Shown here: positions 1-11,487 of the stretch, piece after piece
Position numbering within the stretch: position 1 is the stretch's first letter
Layout: the number at the start of each line of letters is the position of its first letter
Source of the DNA: Candidatus Heimdallarchaeum endolithica
GTDB taxonomy: Archaea; Asgardarchaeota; Heimdallarchaeia; Heimdallarchaeales; Heimdallarchaeaceae
Length of the DNA stretch: 64,000 nucleotides
NCBI GenBank assembly: GCA_021513715.1
Contig: CP084167.1
Location: forward strand, 992,001-1,056,000
Reading direction: 5' to 3'
The notes under the pieces: model-generated
Seen by the model: only the letters and a program-made list of their open reading frames with translations
The model's database searches: none
What the model was told of the DNA's origin: nothing
Made by a program: the position numbers and the translations under genes

Positions 1-20
1 ACTTAGTTACCCTTTTTTTT

Positions 21-1226
21 CTATTGATTACTATAATTTAAGCATTCGTGTAATTCTTTTTCAATCTTGTCAAAATAACTGTCCCAAGTAGGAAGCTCCA
101 TTTTAAATGAATTAATTGTTTCAGTTGTTTTTAGTAAATTTAATAAATTCTCAGAAAATGCATTCATGTTTGGCTCTGATATTTTTACTAAAGGATTTTT
201 ACAAAGAATTTCATGAACAAAGGAATCATTTGCTATCAAAACTTTTTTTTTCATTACAACAGCTTCTATCGGTGTTAAACCATATGCACACCACATTGGA
301 CTTACAAAAATATCACATGACTTGTACAAAAACTTTAAGTCATCTTCTGAAACAAATCCTGTAAAGATAATTTTACTACCATATTCTAATTTTTTCTTTA
401 ATTTCATTATTTCAGAAAGATAGTTTCCTCTACCAGCGATTACTAAAAAAATATCATCTCTTTTATTACATAATTCATTAAATGCTTTCATAACGAGATC
501 TAAACGTTTATTTTTTTCAATTCTATTAACACAAAGAATCATCTTATTTTCATTTCCAATTTTTTCCATCATTTCTATGATATCTTTTGTTGGTGAGATA
601 TTCTTCTTTAAGTAAAACTCCTTTGATACTCCGGGTCTAGAGACTATTGTTTTTGTCTTATACATTAGCTCTAATTCCCATTTTACCTGTTTTGTTAAAG
701 TTATTAAAAATAAAGAATTTTTTACGCCAAAGTATTCTATTAAAGATCTTAATTCCAACTTCATTTTTTCTATAATTGAAAAATTCCTGTGTTTAGGATA
801 GTTTTCTTGATGTCCTATAACTGAATAATATATTTTATCAAACACTTTTCTAAATAGAAACGAGTATTTGATTTTTTCTTTCCTATCCCAAAATTTTGAA
901 CCGTGTATATGTGTAATATAAGGGATATTTAATCCCCTTGTAGCTAAGTAAGCTAAAGCTGCACCTCCAGCTCCATTTGCAATAATAAGGTCGTGTGGTT
1001 TTTTTTTAAAAAACAATCTCAATTGTAATATATCAGTTAAGTATGATTTCCCTCTTTTAAATTGTACTACATTTATTTTTTGACCAAATAAAGATCTTTT
1101 ATCAAATTCAAATGTAAGTACACTAACTGTATTTCCTTTATTTTGAAAATATTTTACTTCTTCAATAAGCAATCTTTCTCCCCCGCCTGAATTTACTAAT
1201 TGATAATATATAATCGCAATATTCAT
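21..1226 (-). CDS. Glycosyltransferase family 4 (GT-B)
   Basis: GGGER N-terminal motif; C-terminal NRIEKNK and YGLTPIEA (Glycos_transf_1-like). Confidence 0.9.
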   Translation of the reverse strand: MNIAIIYYQLVNSGGGERLLIEEVKYFQNKGNTVSVLTFEFDKRSLFGQKINVVQFKRGKSYLTDILQLRLFFKKKPHDLIIANGAGGAALAYLATRGLNIPYITHIHGSKFWDRKEKIKYSFLFRKVFDKIYYSVIGHQENYPKHRNFSIIEKMKLELRSLIEYFGVKNSLFLITLTKQVKWELELMYKTKTIVSRPGVSKEFYLKKNISPTKDIIEMMEKIGNENKMILCVNRIEKNKRLDLVMKAFNELCNKRDDIFLVIAGRGNYLSEIMKLKKKLEYGSKIIFTGFVSEDDLKFLYKSCDIFVSPMWCAYGLTPIEAVVMKKKVLIANDSFVHEILCKNPLVKISEPNMNAFSENLLNLLKTTETINSFKMELPTWDSYFDKIEKELHECLNYSNQ

Positions 1227-1381
1227 CTTTTGATGAATATTGCTTTTTGATTTATATTTTTTTGTATTCTTAATTAACTACAAGGATTAGAAAGGCATAT
1301 AACATGATATAAACAATAATAGTTAAAAAATATCCATTAATAATAGAGGAGAATGGTAAATAGAGAGAGATTTAAAAATTT

Positions 1382-1873
1382 AAGTTCATGAGTCTAACTA
1401 GAAAAGTGAGTAAGAAAAACTATAATTCAGGAAGGCAAGAAGATAATAAGGTTTAGATTACAGAAAATTTTAGAAGTCTTATTCAATAAACCTTTAGTCA
1501 ATTTGCGAAAGCTTCTGAAACTAGTTTGACAAATTAGATACCCATCTGTCAAGAGCTAAAGTTTTTGTTTCTTCTTTTGTATCTACTCTTTGACCAACCT
1601 ATGTTGTTCATTTTTCTATTGGACTGCTATATGTTAGCTCTCATGCTACATGAATACTATATTTACAAGAATTAATCTTTATCTATGCAGTCTTTAAGAA
1701 AAATACAAAACCTATTTTCTTCTTTATCCTTTTCAGAGAACATTTGTCTCATCTAAAATTCAGCAGTAAAAATACTACTTCACATCGTTTAGTTATTCTC
1801 GTCTTACTTTCTCTTTTCTCTCTTATTCTTTTTTCTATTTCTTAAGCATAATTTTTCTAGTGATTATGAACTT
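1382..1873. mobile_element. Degenerate IS remnant / MITE-like element
   Basis: Imperfect terminal inverted repeat AAGTTCATGAGTCTAACTAGAAAA (1382) vs reverse complement of TTTTCTAGTGATTATGAACTT (ends 1873); no intact ORF. Confidence 0.35.
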
Positions 1874-1996
1874 TTAGTTGTAGTGATTTAATGATTAAGA
1901 CTCTATTTTGTTCTGTATTAAACCTTCATACTAATAAAAGTTGTTTTGGACATATTGCTTTCACAATGATTTACTTAATTAAATAAACTTTTATAA

Positions 1997-4084
1997 TTAA
2001 TAACAAATATTTGTAGAGCTAACTTTAGCATTAAAAAATTTTGAAAATAAATTAAATTTTATGATGAAAACTGACTTGTTTTCATATATAAGGGTAAAAT
2101 TGTTAAGATTTTTGTATAATAGAGGTTCATATTGGAAATTATATCTTTCCATCATCAATTTTGAAAAATTTTGCCATCCAGAGACGTAATAGTCAAAATT
2201 TACTGAAAGAAAAATATACTCTATTGAATAATTAATCAATAATTCATAACCGTTTGTAGGTTCTTCAATTAGTTTATATAAAATTTCTAAGGTTATATCC
2301 CTACCTCGAATTTCATCTTCAGATCCTGTAATAAATGGAAATGTAATACGTAAAGAACTAAGAACAGGAATCCATTGACCAGATGCATCATTTAATACAA
2401 TACTTCCTTTTTTAGTGTTTTCTTTTAAGAAGTATATTGCATTGAGGATATCATTGTTGTATGAAGGTCTTGTGTTAAAAAATTCATTATAATAGTACGG
2501 CGTTGAGAATATAACGATTAAACCAATTACCAATACTTTTCTTTTGACTTTTTTTATTTTTAAGATTTTTAGTTTTGGAAAAATATTTAGTATAATTCGA
2601 GTAAAAACTTCAATACAAATTGCTGAAAAGGGTGCAAATGTAAAAATCAATGTTAGAGGAATAATGCGTTCCATCTTAAATATAAGACTTGCAAAAGTGA
2701 GCTGTATTTTTATGAATTGGAACATCAATATTGTTGGAAAATAAAAAATTGCATTCCATAAAAATAAAATCTTAATGTAGGTTTTGTTTACCTCAATCTT
2801 ATATTTATTTAAGTACTTTTTATTTAAATAAAAATAAAAACCAATAATTCCTAAACAAAACGAAAGATATAAATTTTTAGTTAAAAAGGTAACAATAGTA
2901 AGAAATGAATTGCCATTAGGTTTCCAAGGAGAAACAATAGAATAATATTCTCCCATAAATAATGAAAAGTCTGGTTTTACTAACAAAATAAGAGATGGCT
3001 TAAATAAATATAATATAACTCCTGTGAAAAAAGAAATTACAATAATACACAATATTATGAAATACATTCTTTTGTTTCTTTTGTTGAAAAAACCTGAAGA
3101 TATTTTTTTTGAAAGATCTAGTTTTTGCAAAAATAAAGCTGCTATTAGTGATATAATTGGAATAAATGTATAGATATGAATAAAAAAAGAAAGAAATATG
3201 TCAAAAACAAGGAGAAAAAGGAATAAATTATCATTTTTTTCTTCTAAATAATTATCAAACAAAAAAACAACATTTAAGTTTAAAAAACCAAATAGTTCTG
3301 AGAAACCACCCCAATGAGTGAAATACCAAAAATGTGGAGTTAGAAATAATAATGAAAACAAACTTAATGTTTTAATTTTACTATTTTTAAATAGTTCATA
3401 AAAAGAATAAAAAGATAAGATTGTTATGAGGAAAATAAAACGCATGTATATGTTAAGAAATGTGCCTGCATTTATATCCATAAATAATTGACAAACAAGA
3501 TAAATATTTGCAGCGCTAAAATGAGATAATAAAGTATAACTCCGTAATTTTGTATTTATAAAGCCAGGTGCGATATAATTTGTTAAATATAAGTTAAAGC
3601 TTTTTTGTTCTGAGATAATTTTTATAAATAAAGAATGATATTTTGTATCTGATTCTGGTGGGAGTGGTAAGTATAGAGACAAAAATAAAACAGGAATTAC
3701 AATGAGTAAAACTAAAATTAAATCTACATAATTTCTTTCAAGATAAAGAGTTATTCTTTTTTTACAAGATATATATTTATTAAGATCAAAGGTTTTTGTA
3801 CCATTTCTATTTCTATTTCTTATAACCTGTAAAATAAGACATAAAATAAAAATTACCAAATACATACAAAAAATAACTTTTCCGTTAAATAAATCTAAAA
3901 CAATAAAAAAAACAATTTGAAAAACATTTACCACTTGACTTATATAAAATGAGAAAGTTAAAACAGCAGAAGTTGTCATATTTGGATATTTCTTTTTTTT
4001 AATTATTTTTGCTATTATATAACCAGGAATAAAAGAAATGACAATACAAAGGAAATATATTACTATAAAAGCTTTAACTTGCAT
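1997..4084 (-). CDS. Polytopic membrane protein, probable GT-C-type glycosyltransferase
   Basis: About 13 hydrophobic segments, DxxxH loop (SDTKYH), soluble C-terminal domain resembling GT-C/STT3-like tails; in glycan locus. Confidence 0.55.
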   Translation of the reverse strand: MQVKAFIVIYFLCIVISFIPGYIIAKIIKKKKYPNMTTSAVLTFSFYISQVVNVFQIVFFIVLDLFNGKVIFCMYLVIFILCLILQVIRNRNRNGTKTFDLNKYISCKKRITLYLERNYVDLILVLLIVIPVLFLSLYLPLPPESDTKYHSLFIKIISEQKSFNLYLTNYIAPGFINTKLRSYTLLSHFSAANIYLVCQLFMDINAGTFLNIYMRFIFLITILSFYSFYELFKNSKIKTLSLFSLLFLTPHFWYFTHWGGFSELFGFLNLNVVFLFDNYLEEKNDNLFLFLLVFDIFLSFFIHIYTFIPIISLIAALFLQKLDLSKKISSGFFNKRNKRMYFIILCIIVISFFTGVILYLFKPSLILLVKPDFSLFMGEYYSIVSPWKPNGNSFLTIVTFLTKNLYLSFCLGIIGFYFYLNKKYLNKYKIEVNKTYIKILFLWNAIFYFPTILMFQFIKIQLTFASLIFKMERIIPLTLIFTFAPFSAICIEVFTRIILNIFPKLKILKIKKVKRKVLVIGLIVIFSTPYYYNEFFNTRPSYNNDILNAIYFLKENTKKGSIVLNDASGQWIPVLSSLRITFPFITGSEDEIRGRDITLEILYKLIEEPTNGYELLINYSIEYIFLSVNFDYYVSGWQNFSKLMMERYNFQYEPLLYKNLNNFTLIYENKSVFIIKFNLFSKFFNAKVSSTNICY

Positions 4085-4128
4085 AGACTACGTTCTACCT
4101 TTGGTTATAAATATTTTTTTTTATAAAT

Positions 4129-5346
4129 TAGTACTTCCGAATTATAGTAAAAGTTATGGGTTGAAAGCCCGACAATAATAGTATGAAACACTGTAACTTC
4201 AACCTATTAAAATCGGTCAAAAGTTTTTTAGAAAAACGCTTTCAACCCACAAGAGAAGATAGGAAAACAAGTATAAAAGTTTGTCACTGGATAAGAAAGA
4301 TGGATTTTCCGCACAAAGGACAGAGGAAAAGAGGGGAAACAAAAGAAGAAGTTAAGAAGACCGTCTTGGGAGCAGTGGTGGAACAAACATCTATTGAGCA
4401 GTCAGCTGAACAATTTTCGACTAAAGACGGGGATACAATACGTTATCACTTGAACAAATTGGATATAAATAGGATATCAGAGGTTTTCATCTCTTCATTT
4501 CAGAAGTGTGGGGAACTATTGAAAAGAAAGAAGAAAATAAAGAGTCCATTAATACTAGCAGTAGACACGATGGACATACGATATTATGGAAAAAGAAGAG
4601 ATGAGTATATTCATCAGTATAAAAATGAATGATTTTATCGATATATCACGGTTTCAACAGTCAAATCACCTTATGGTGCTCTTCCTTTAGGTGCATTTCC
4701 CGTGTCAACTTTTGATTCTAAAGAGGGACTATTAGAATCGCTCTTCAACAAGTTTAGTCTTAAAAACAGGAACATAAAGGTGTTGTATGCAGATAGAGGT
4801 TTTTATTCTGTTGAAGTAGTGAAACTACTACAAGCCTACACTATTCCTTTCGTCATTTGAGCGCGGAAAAATAAGAAGATTAGGTCATACCTGGAAACCT
4901 TTCCTAAAACAGGTAAAATAACTTCTGTTCCTTACACTATGAAAAGTGGACAAGGTGAAACTACGGAAGTTATGTTACATGCTTATTGGCTCCCAAAGCG
5001 GAAAGATTGGTTTGTGTGTATCAGTTGGCATATCTCTTCAGAGCAACAGATCTACGATTATTGTCATCGGTGGGGTATAGAGACGTCCTACCGTCTTCTC
5101 AAGAGCATTAGTGTTTCTACAACTACGAATAATGCCACCGTCAGGTTCTTGTATCTTTGTTTTTCTCTTCTCGTCCTCGCTTTATATGTCTGTTTTCGCT
5201 CTTCTGTTATTCCTCCTTTTTTCACCTCCCCGTCTAACAAACCGCTCTTGAAACGCTCAAGACCTGTTACGCTCTATTTCACCTTGAGGTGTTTACGCTC
5301 AAGTTTGTATGGAGGTGAGATAGTCTAAGTTATTGCGGAAGTACTA
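4129..5346 (+). mobile_element. Insertion sequence, ISH3/IS4-like
   Basis: Terminal inverted repeats TAGTACTTCCG / CGGAAGTACTA; direct repeat ATAAAT at 4123-4128 and 5347-5352. Confidence 0.85.
4183..5328 (+). pseudogene. DDE transposase with two in-frame TGA stops
   Basis: One frame carries LAVD, YADRGF and YxxRWGIETSYR motifs; TGA at 4630-4632 and 4858-4860. Confidence 0.85.
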
Positions 5347-5399
5347 ATAAATAAATAGTCTACCGAAGCTAGAATTTATGTGTGAATATACCAAAAAAC

Positions 5400-6330
5400 T
5401 GGTTATTAACTAATTCCACATAGTACACAGTAGGAACCTAACAAAGGGTACACGAGGATTATGACAAAATAATAAAAGATTCTCGTGACGCTGAAAGGTT
5501 AAGGAAAGGTGTTGTTAAATAAATTGATTAAAAGAAAAAATTAGTTGTATAGAAAGACAGTAAGAGAATATTGAGTGACGATAAGATTTGTGAGTTATTG
5601 GCTGCAAAGACATAAAAAAGAGCTAGGAGGACAGTGGAAAAGGGAAGAACAAAAGCAGAAGGCAAAAAGATGTAACAGAAAAGTAAGAGAAAAACAAAGA
5701 AGAAAATAGTAAAATTAAATATCATCTATTTAATAAAGCTATAGAGTGGGAGAAGAAAGTGAAAATATCATACATAATCACGCATACTGAAGATCCTTAA
5801 ACAAGAAGGAGAAGAAATAAAGAGAAAGAAAAAAAGTAGAGGAAAAAAAGATATGAAAATCAAAAACAGAATAATTTATTGTAGAGAAACTTTAAAGAAC
5901 CACTTTGCATAGAAGAGAAATATGAGAACAATGTCTTTACATGATAAATATTAGAGAAACTATACAACTCCAGTTCCATCCTCTATACAAAATTTTACAC
6001 TCAACCTATAACTATAAGGCGGATAATAGAAGTGTCAGAACAACTAGTAAATATAAATACTAACTTAACAAGATCTATTGGACAATAATACACATTTTTA
6101 TGTTGTTAAAGGAGGAACAAGTAGTTTTACCAGTTTATATAATGTCCAAGATACTAAATACATCTGTCATAGAGCTTATCACAATGAAACTTGCGAAAAA
6201 GTAGAGAGAGTATATTTTACCATTCTCCATAAAAGTAAAGCCTTTGGGAAATTAAACTCTGTCAAAACTTACTTTAAAAAATTTAAAAACTTCTTTACGC
6301 TTTATAAAGATAACCTATAACTAAAGTGAT
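5400..6330 (+). pseudogene. Heavily decayed IS481-family transposase remnant
   Basis: FYVVKGGTSSF and HRAYHNETCEKVER match FYSVRGGTSTF and RARVFHPETCGKV of the element at 9309-10331; boundaries approximate. Confidence 0.55.
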
Positions 6331-6646
6331 AAAACTATTTGGTTACTCTTATTCAACACTCTCTCTATCTTACTATCACCTCAAAAGTGTGTTTAATTTC
6401 TTCTGTTCTTCTTGACTCTTTGATTTATTTTATTTATCGTCGTCCATTCTATTCTTTAAATTAGTAATCACTACTTTGAATATTGTAATAGTGGTAAACA
6501 TGTTTTTATTTAGGTCATCAAGTTTTCTCTTCTTGCTCTCGATTGTCCATCACTACTGTCTTTCATTTTATAAGTCCTCTAACTTGTAGTTATTATCAAC
6601 ATCCAATTCAAAACTCTATATAATGAGAAAGAACTACTGGATAAAC

Positions 6647-7333
6647 TTAACAATATTTTATTATTGTTTTTAAAATTTTATATCCATCTTTAAAAGGATT
6701 AAGCTTTGAGTAGCCATTACGACATTTATAACTAACAGGAACTTCTCCAAATTTAAGACCTTTTTTAGCCCCTTTGATGATCATTTCAGTTTCAATATCA
6801 AAACCTGAAGATTCTAGACAGTTTGAATATATAATTGTTGCTTTTTTAGATAATAGTCGAAGACCAGATTGTGAATCTGTAATTTTTACTTTAGTTATTA
6901 ATCTAATTAAGAAAGAAAATAAATAATTACCAATTATGTTTACAAATTTAATAGAGTTTTTTTCTCTATTTGGTAATCTGTTACCTATTATTACATCAAG
7001 TTTTTTCTCTTCTAACATTTTGTTAAGTAAAAGTTTTATGTCATTAGGGTCATATGTACTATCTCCATCCAAATATGCGATATAATCAATATTTGGCTTT
7101 TCTAGTACATATTTTAAACCTTTTATAATGGCATTACCTTTCCCTTTTTTCTTGCAATAAACCACTTCTGCTCCTTCTTTTTTAGCAATATCCACTGTAT
7201 CATCAACCGATAAACCATCAACAACTATTATATTGTTGGTCAATTTTTTACATGAATTAATTATATAACCTATAGAATCTTCTTCATTAAGAGTTGGAAT
7301 TATTATAAGTAGATTGTCATATTTTTCAATCAT
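6647..7333 (-). CDS. Glycosyltransferase family 2 (Dpm1-like polyprenol-phosphate glycosyltransferase)
   Basis: IIIPTLNEE, VVDGLSVDDT, GKGNA, LDGD, DSQSG motifs. Confidence 0.9.
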   Translation of the reverse strand: MIEKYDNLLIIIPTLNEEDSIGYIINSCKKLTNNIIVVDGLSVDDTVDIAKKEGAEVVYCKKKGKGNAIIKGLKYVLEKPNIDYIAYLDGDSTYDPNDIKLLLNKMLEEKKLDVIIGNRLPNREKNSIKFVNIIGNYLFSFLIRLITKVKITDSQSGLRLLSKKATIIYSNCLESSGFDIETEMIIKGAKKGLKFGEVPVSYKCRNGYSKLNPFKDGYKILKTIIKYC

Positions 7334-8142
7334 AAATTTCCCCCAGCAAATGATTATGTTTTTATTTTCTTTAATAAATTTATTTGTCTATATTTTATAT
7401 TAGGGTTTTTGTTATTCTATAATTAAATATAATATATTTAATCATCAATTTATAAAAAACTTTTTTGTGCCGATTTAGATTGATTAGTATTATTTCAAGA
7501 TTTTAACATCATAATTTATTAAAATTAATTTAAAATTTTCTCTTTTTACAACCAAAGAGAAAAAATAAGGACTAAAAAAATATGTTTAGCTAAGAAATAT
7601 CATAATGAATAAAATGAAATCAGATCTTATAATAAGTAATAATTCTGTCTAAAAAAATAGAGAACCAGAACCAAATAGAAACACTGCTTAAATGTCTTAT
7701 TCCTTTTCTAATTTAACCAAAGTTAAAATCAAATCAATATTATGTTCAGGTAAGAATTAGAAAATTACAATATCACATACTAAAAAGAAAAATTATTATC
7801 CTATAAATTTTGTAAAGAATAATATTTGCAAAAATTCAAATTGTTTTTTTTTAAAGAAATTAAAAATTAATATTTCTTCTAAAAACATAATCTGTGCGAA
7901 AATTAAATAATAAATGCAGAGTGTTAATTACAGTAAAATAAATTGTAAAAAAAGTTCAAACTGATTCCAAAAAGTTGTAAAAAAAATTCAAATATTAATT
8001 ATTTCTCTTTGCGTATAATAGCGAAAGTAGAATGTTCTTATATTTATTAAATTAGAATGAGAAATCCAATTTATTATTAAATATTATAGTCTTATATAAA
8101 TATAAACCTAATCTTTATAAAATTATTGTCAATCTTCTTTTT

Positions 8143-9273
8143 ATGGATAAAGTTGTAATAATTGGTCCTTCTTCAAAGTTCTTAAGTGGTATTACTTATT
8201 ACACTATTAATATAGCAAATTTGTTAAGGACTAACAAAAAAATTATTGTTTTTGAAATAGATCAATTATTACCAAGATTTTTATTTCCTGGTTCGAAAAG
8301 AGTAGGTAAAGTAAAAATAAATTCAACATATAAGAAAGAAGTCTCAATTAGTAAAATTAAAATAAAATATTATTCATTTCTTTCGATAATTAAAACAGCA
8401 AAAGCTATAAATTTAATAAAGCCAAAGGTAATTATCTTTCAATGGTGGTCATGTACTGTAGCACATATTTATTATCTTTTAATAAAATTTATTTCGAAAA
8501 AGATTAAAATTATCTTTGAGTTCCATGAAATTTTGGATGTAAGTGAAGCTTCTTTTTATCCACTAAAGGTATATTCTAATTTAATGCTTAAATTATTATT
8601 GAGAAATGTTACAGTATTTATTACTCATTCAATTTCAGACAAACAAAAAGTGATAAAGGCTTATAAAATAGATAGTGCAAAAATTCAAGTTGTTCCCCAT
8701 CTAACAACTACAACATATTCTTTAATAGACAAAAATGAAGCAAGAAATAGATTGAATTTACCTAATAATTCAATTGTTTTGGTTTATTTTGGATTAATTA
8801 GAAAATATAAAGGTGTAAATCTTTTAGTCAAAGCTTTTGATCAATTAGAAATAAGCAGTTTAGAAAAACCTTTATTAGTTGTTGCAGGAGAAATTTGGGA
8901 TCCTTTAGAAAAAAGGACATATGAAATAATAAACAAAAATGAAAATATTATTCTTATAGACAAATACTTAACCGATAAGGAAATAGAATCTTTAATTTCT
9001 GTTGCAGATTGTTTTATATTACCATATACTAGAGCTTCTCAAAGTGGAGTACTAAGTATAATACATAATACTGGAAAGCCTGTAATATTATCAAATATAA
9101 ATGAATTCAAGGAAGCTTCAAAGAATTATTTTAACTCTATTTTCTTCAAGAAAAATGATATTGCAAATCTAAAATCAAAAATAGAATTTTTTGTAAAAAA
9201 TCATAAAGATTTTAATACTAAACCAGATAATAATCATGAAATGGTTAAGGAACTATTTCTCTCTTTTATATAA
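8143..9273 (+). CDS. Glycosyltransferase family 4
   Basis: SGITYY, FGLIRKYKG, LPYTRASQSGV motifs. Confidence 0.9.
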   Translation: MDKVVIIGPSSKFLSGITYYTINIANLLRTNKKIIVFEIDQLLPRFLFPGSKRVGKVKINSTYKKEVSISKIKIKYYSFLSIIKTAKAINLIKPKVIIFQWWSCTVAHIYYLLIKFISKKIKIIFEFHEILDVSEASFYPLKVYSNLMLKLLLRNVTVFITHSISDKQKVIKAYKIDSAKIQVVPHLTTTTYSLIDKNEARNRLNLPNNSIVLVYFGLIRKYKGVNLLVKAFDQLEISSLEKPLLVVAGEIWDPLEKRTYEIINKNENIILIDKYLTDKEIESLISVADCFILPYTRASQSGVLSIIHNTGKPVILSNINEFKEASKNYFNSIFFKKNDIANLKSKIEFFVKNHKDFNTKPDNNHEMVKELFLSFI

Positions 9274-9308
9274 TTATGTATAAAAGGTTTATTCATTATT
9301 TCACTATA

Positions 9309-10331
9309 TGTTTACTCTACCCACGTTGGTAACAAATAAATAGAAAGTGGGTTACGAGGGTAAGTGACTAAACATGAATAAACCCAAACGTAACCTAGAG
9401 AGACTAAGAAAGATTGTGGTTAAAAAAGCTTTGGAAGGAGAGAAGATAAAAGAGGTAGCCCACAGGTTTATGGTGAGTAGAAAGTTTGTTTACAAGTGGT
9501 TGAAAAGGTTTGAGGAGAACCCTGAAGGAGAATGGTTAGTGAAAAGATAGATCATCTAGACCTAAAACTATACACAGGAAAGTAGATGAGGAGTTAAGAG
9601 AGAGGATAAGGGAGCTAAGAGTAAAGCAAGGAATGAACGTGGAGAAGATAGTTTATCTGTTAAAGAAAGAAGGGAGAGCATTATCACAAAACACAGTAGT
9701 TAAAGTAATAGGAGAGTTAGGTCTTCCTCTGTGGAGTAATAGAAAAAAGAGAAACATTACTCAATACAAAAGATTTGAGCGCTCATCTCCTAACGAACTC
9801 TGGCAGATAGATGTAAAAAGACCATTCTGGGTAGAAGAACAAGGACAACACCTTTATCTCATAACTCTGATAGACGACTAACCACTCACGATTCTGTCTG
9901 GGAGCTAAACTCCACCCTTTTGCACCAAAAAAAGAGCAGATAATAAGTTTGTTAGAAGAAGCAATAGAAAAATATGGACAACCAGAGTCTATCCTCACTG
10001 ACAAAGAAGCACGTTCTACTCCGTTAGAGGAGGAACAAGTACCTTCTCCCGTTGGTGTCAAACAGAAGGAATAAAACACATAAGAGCTAGAGTTTTTCAC
10101 CCCGAAACATGTGGAAAAGTTATGTAGAGAGACTACATGGAACCATCATCCGTGAGATGAGAAGACTAGGACTAACCTACTGTAACTCCGACCTCTCCTT
10201 CTACCGCTCATACTACAATTTTAGCCGCCCTCACCAGTCTCTTAACCTCCTTACCCCTGGAGAAAAATTTATGAATCACCCCTATGTTTCTCTAGTGCCC
10301 AAAAGTGTAACCCAGGTCTATTGAGTGAACA
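9309..10331 (+). mobile_element. IS481-family element with frameshifted transposase (ATG 9374 to about 10324)
   Basis: TGT...ACA ends with 26-bp imperfect inverted repeat; HTH N-terminus, PNELWQID, LIDD, YYNFSRPHQSL motifs split over several frames. Confidence 0.85.
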
Positions 10332-10383
10332 GTTTAAAATACGTGCCATTAAATTTAAAAATTATACGAGTAATAATTCACTT

Positions 10384-11478
10384 ATGCTTTCAGAAGATGA
10401 AATATATCAAAAAATATATGAAAAACATCAAAAACTCTTAATAGACCCACATAATATTGATAATTACATTAATAAATTTCCAAAAGAAAAAAAAGACCTA
10501 TTTAACAAGTCGTATTTTCATCAAAAGAGGATTTTAATTACGGGTATTTCAGGATTTGTAGGAAGTACTTTAGTCGAAAAATTGTTATCAATTGATCAAG
10601 AAGTAGAAATTTATGGTATTGTAAGAAGGCAATCTAGTCCGACATACCCTAAAATAGATAAGTTTCTAAATAGAATTGTGATTAAAGAAGCTAATCTTTT
10701 TGATTACTCTTCATTAGAAACTACAATAAAAGAAGTCCAGCCGGATTATATATTTCATTTAGCTGCACAGTCTTTTGTACCATCCTCATTTAGGGGCCCA
10801 ATTGAAGTTGTACGCACAAATATTGAGGGTACTGTAAATCTTTTAGAAATAATAAGAAAATTAGATTTAGATATTGACTGCATTCATGTTGCAGGAAGTA
10901 GTGAAGAATATGGTTTAGTATTCCCTGACGAAATCCCTATTAAGGAATCTAATCCTTTTAGACCACAATCTCCATATGCTGCCAGTAAAATAGCTACTGA
11001 ACATTTTAGTCTTGCATATCATCGTATGTATGGAATTCCTATTGTTGTAACAAGAGGATTTAATCACACAGGCCCAAATAGAGGAGTCATGTTTGTAACT
11101 TCAGTAATTGCAAACCAAATTGCTAAGATCTTAAGAAAAGAAATTAAAGAAATAATTATTGGTAATCCCAATCCAATTAGAGATTTTACAGACATTAGAG
11201 ATATGATCCAAGGTTATTTATTGGCTATAACAGTTGGAAAAAAAGGTGATGTATACAATTTAGGTCATGGAATGGGTATTAGCATTAAGAACCTAATAGA
11301 ACTTACTGCCACCCTATACAATGTTAAATATACGATTAAGATAGATAGAACAAGGTTTAGACCAGCAGAAGTTCCTGTTTTATTATGTGACTATGCAAAA
11401 GCAAAAAATCATATTGGCTATTATCCTCAATATCCCATAACAGAAACAATGCAAAACTTAGTTAAATCATATTTATAA
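10384..11478 (+). CDS. gmd: GDP-mannose 4,6-dehydratase / RMD-family SDR
   Basis: ITGISGFVG, RR loop, HLAAQSFV, SSEEYG, YAASK; ATG 10384 preferred because the ORF-track start at 10321 lies in the IS end. Confidence 0.75.
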   Translation: MLSEDEIYQKIYEKHQKLLIDPHNIDNYINKFPKEKKDLFNKSYFHQKRILITGISGFVGSTLVEKLLSIDQEVEIYGIVRRQSSPTYPKIDKFLNRIVIKEANLFDYSSLETTIKEVQPDYIFHLAAQSFVPSSFRGPIEVVRTNIEGTVNLLEIIRKLDLDIDCIHVAGSSEEYGLVFPDEIPIKESNPFRPQSPYAASKIATEHFSLAYHRMYGIPIVVTRGFNHTGPNRGVMFVTSVIANQIAKILRKEIKEIIIGNPNPIRDFTDIRDMIQGYLLAITVGKKGDVYNLGHGMGISIKNLIELTATLYNVKYTIKIDRTRFRPAEVPVLLCDYAKAKNHIGYYPQYPITETMQNLVKSYL

Positions 11479-11487
11479 AAAGGAAAA

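Noticed and set aside
4630-4860. Alternative genetic code (TGA recoded)
   Set aside because: TGA terminates clear genes in this window, e.g. cas10, csm5, cas2 and the TauE gene
7340-8100. Hidden membrane-protein gene in the AT-rich gap
   Set aside because: The minus-strand frames I read are interrupted by stops and the ORF track shows nothing; at most an unassignable relic
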